A stretch of 64,000 bases of DNA from Flavobacteriales bacterium (lineage in GTDB: Bacteria; Bacteroidota; Bacteroidia; Flavobacteriales; UBA7430). The stretch's first letter is position 1. Each line of letters opens with the position of its first letter. Of the stretch, positions 63,692 through 64,000 are shown piece by piece. The translations under genes and the position numbers were made by a program. Under the pieces are notes generated by a model. The model saw nothing but the letters and a program-made list of their open reading frames with translations. It ran no database searches and had not been told where the DNA came from. The DNA is taken from assembly GCA_028110365.1 (NCBI GenBank), contig JAOGVT010000004.1, forward strand, positions 4,926 to 68,925. The letters are read 5' to 3'.

Positions 63692-64000
63692 ATGAAGAAC
63701 CTTAATAACCCAGAAGAAACAAATATTGATAATCAGATAGTTAGAGTTAAAAATAAATTAAAAATAATTTTTAATCATGATATAAACTTACCTGTTGAGA
63801 CATGTCCTATAAAAGATATTTTGTCTGCGGCATCTGATAAATGGAGTATTTTAATTATTTTATTTTTAGGCGGAAATGAAGTTTTGAGGTTCGGAGAACT
63901 TAAAAATCGTGTTAATGGGATTTCTTCCAAAATTCTAACAGAAAGGTTGAAAAGACTTGAACGAGATGGTTATTTGACCAGAAAGTTATATGCGGAAGTT
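63692..64000 (+). CDS. HxlR-family transcriptional regulator, 3' end cut by the window
   Basis: Not in the track. ATG at 63692 and open to the window end. CPIKDILSAASDKWSILIILFLGGNEVLRFGELKNRVNGISSKILTERLKRLERDGYLTRKLYAEV. Confidence 0.8.
   Translation, partial: MKNLNNPEETNIDNQIVRVKNKLKIIFNHDINLPVETCPIKDILSAASDKWSILIILFLGGNEVLRFGELKNRVNGISSKILTERLKRLERDGYLTRKLYAEV

Noticed and set aside
1-64000. CRISPR array or cas operon to go with the CARF-HEPN gene
   Set aside because: I looked for short, regularly spaced direct repeats and for Cas10, Cas7 or Cas1-like ORFs and found none in the window. The CARF gene is therefore treated as an orphan.

Overview
This window looks like a Bacteroidota (Flavobacteriia-type) chromosome. 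Supporting signs are T9SS C-terminal sorting tails, TAnnTTTG-type promoter boxes, an LptF/G permease and a Bacteroidetes-style integrase. It splits at a tRNA-Ser(GGA) gene (38507-38591, minus strand). Left of the tRNA (1-38.5 kb) is a visibly more AT-rich accessory island. A tyrosine integrase and an excisionase-type HTH sit against the tRNA 3' end, and the left island border lies outside the window. The island is a stack of defence-type modules. (a) An ABC-type ATPase operon led by an orphan Csx1-like CARF-HEPN gene. (b) A WYL regulator with a miniature DarT-like ART and a 235-aa partner. (c) A six-gene membrane TPR-CHAT protease cluster. (d) A four-gene operon: TM/bPH-like protein, Cas4-like nuclease, HIRAN protein and an unknown. 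(e) A phage-like segment with small paralogous ORFs, an ADP-ribosylglycohydrolase and a HEPN ORF. (f) Two C5 methyltransferases facing a C-protein, MazG, McrB-like and McrC-like genes (LlaJI-like layout), followed directly by GHKL ATPase, Z1 and PD-(D/E)XK genes. Three non-coding signals stand out in the island. First, a ~0.6-kb direct repeat (17342-17952 and 34611-35215) brackets the whole R-M cargo. Second, each repeat copy carries two tandem, related, structured RNA-like leader elements. Third, a family of YAYGCA-N7-TGCRTR palindromes lies between several defence genes. Right of the tRNA (38.6-64 kb) is ordinary core: aquaporin, trmH, truC, a T9SS acidic repeat protein, MBOAT/AlgJ-like, M1 and M61 peptidases, phhA, a sigma-54 regulator, Ppx, ABC transporter, ridA, pabA/trpG, ribBA, GT4s, LptF/G, tRNA-Met, AhpD-like and HxlR. 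In the core I flag a Tyr-codon leader peptide plus terminator upstream of phhA, and a duplicated T9SS tail flanking the MBOAT cassette. No CRISPR array, rRNA or transposase was seen. All functional calls come from motif recognition by eye, and no database search was possible.
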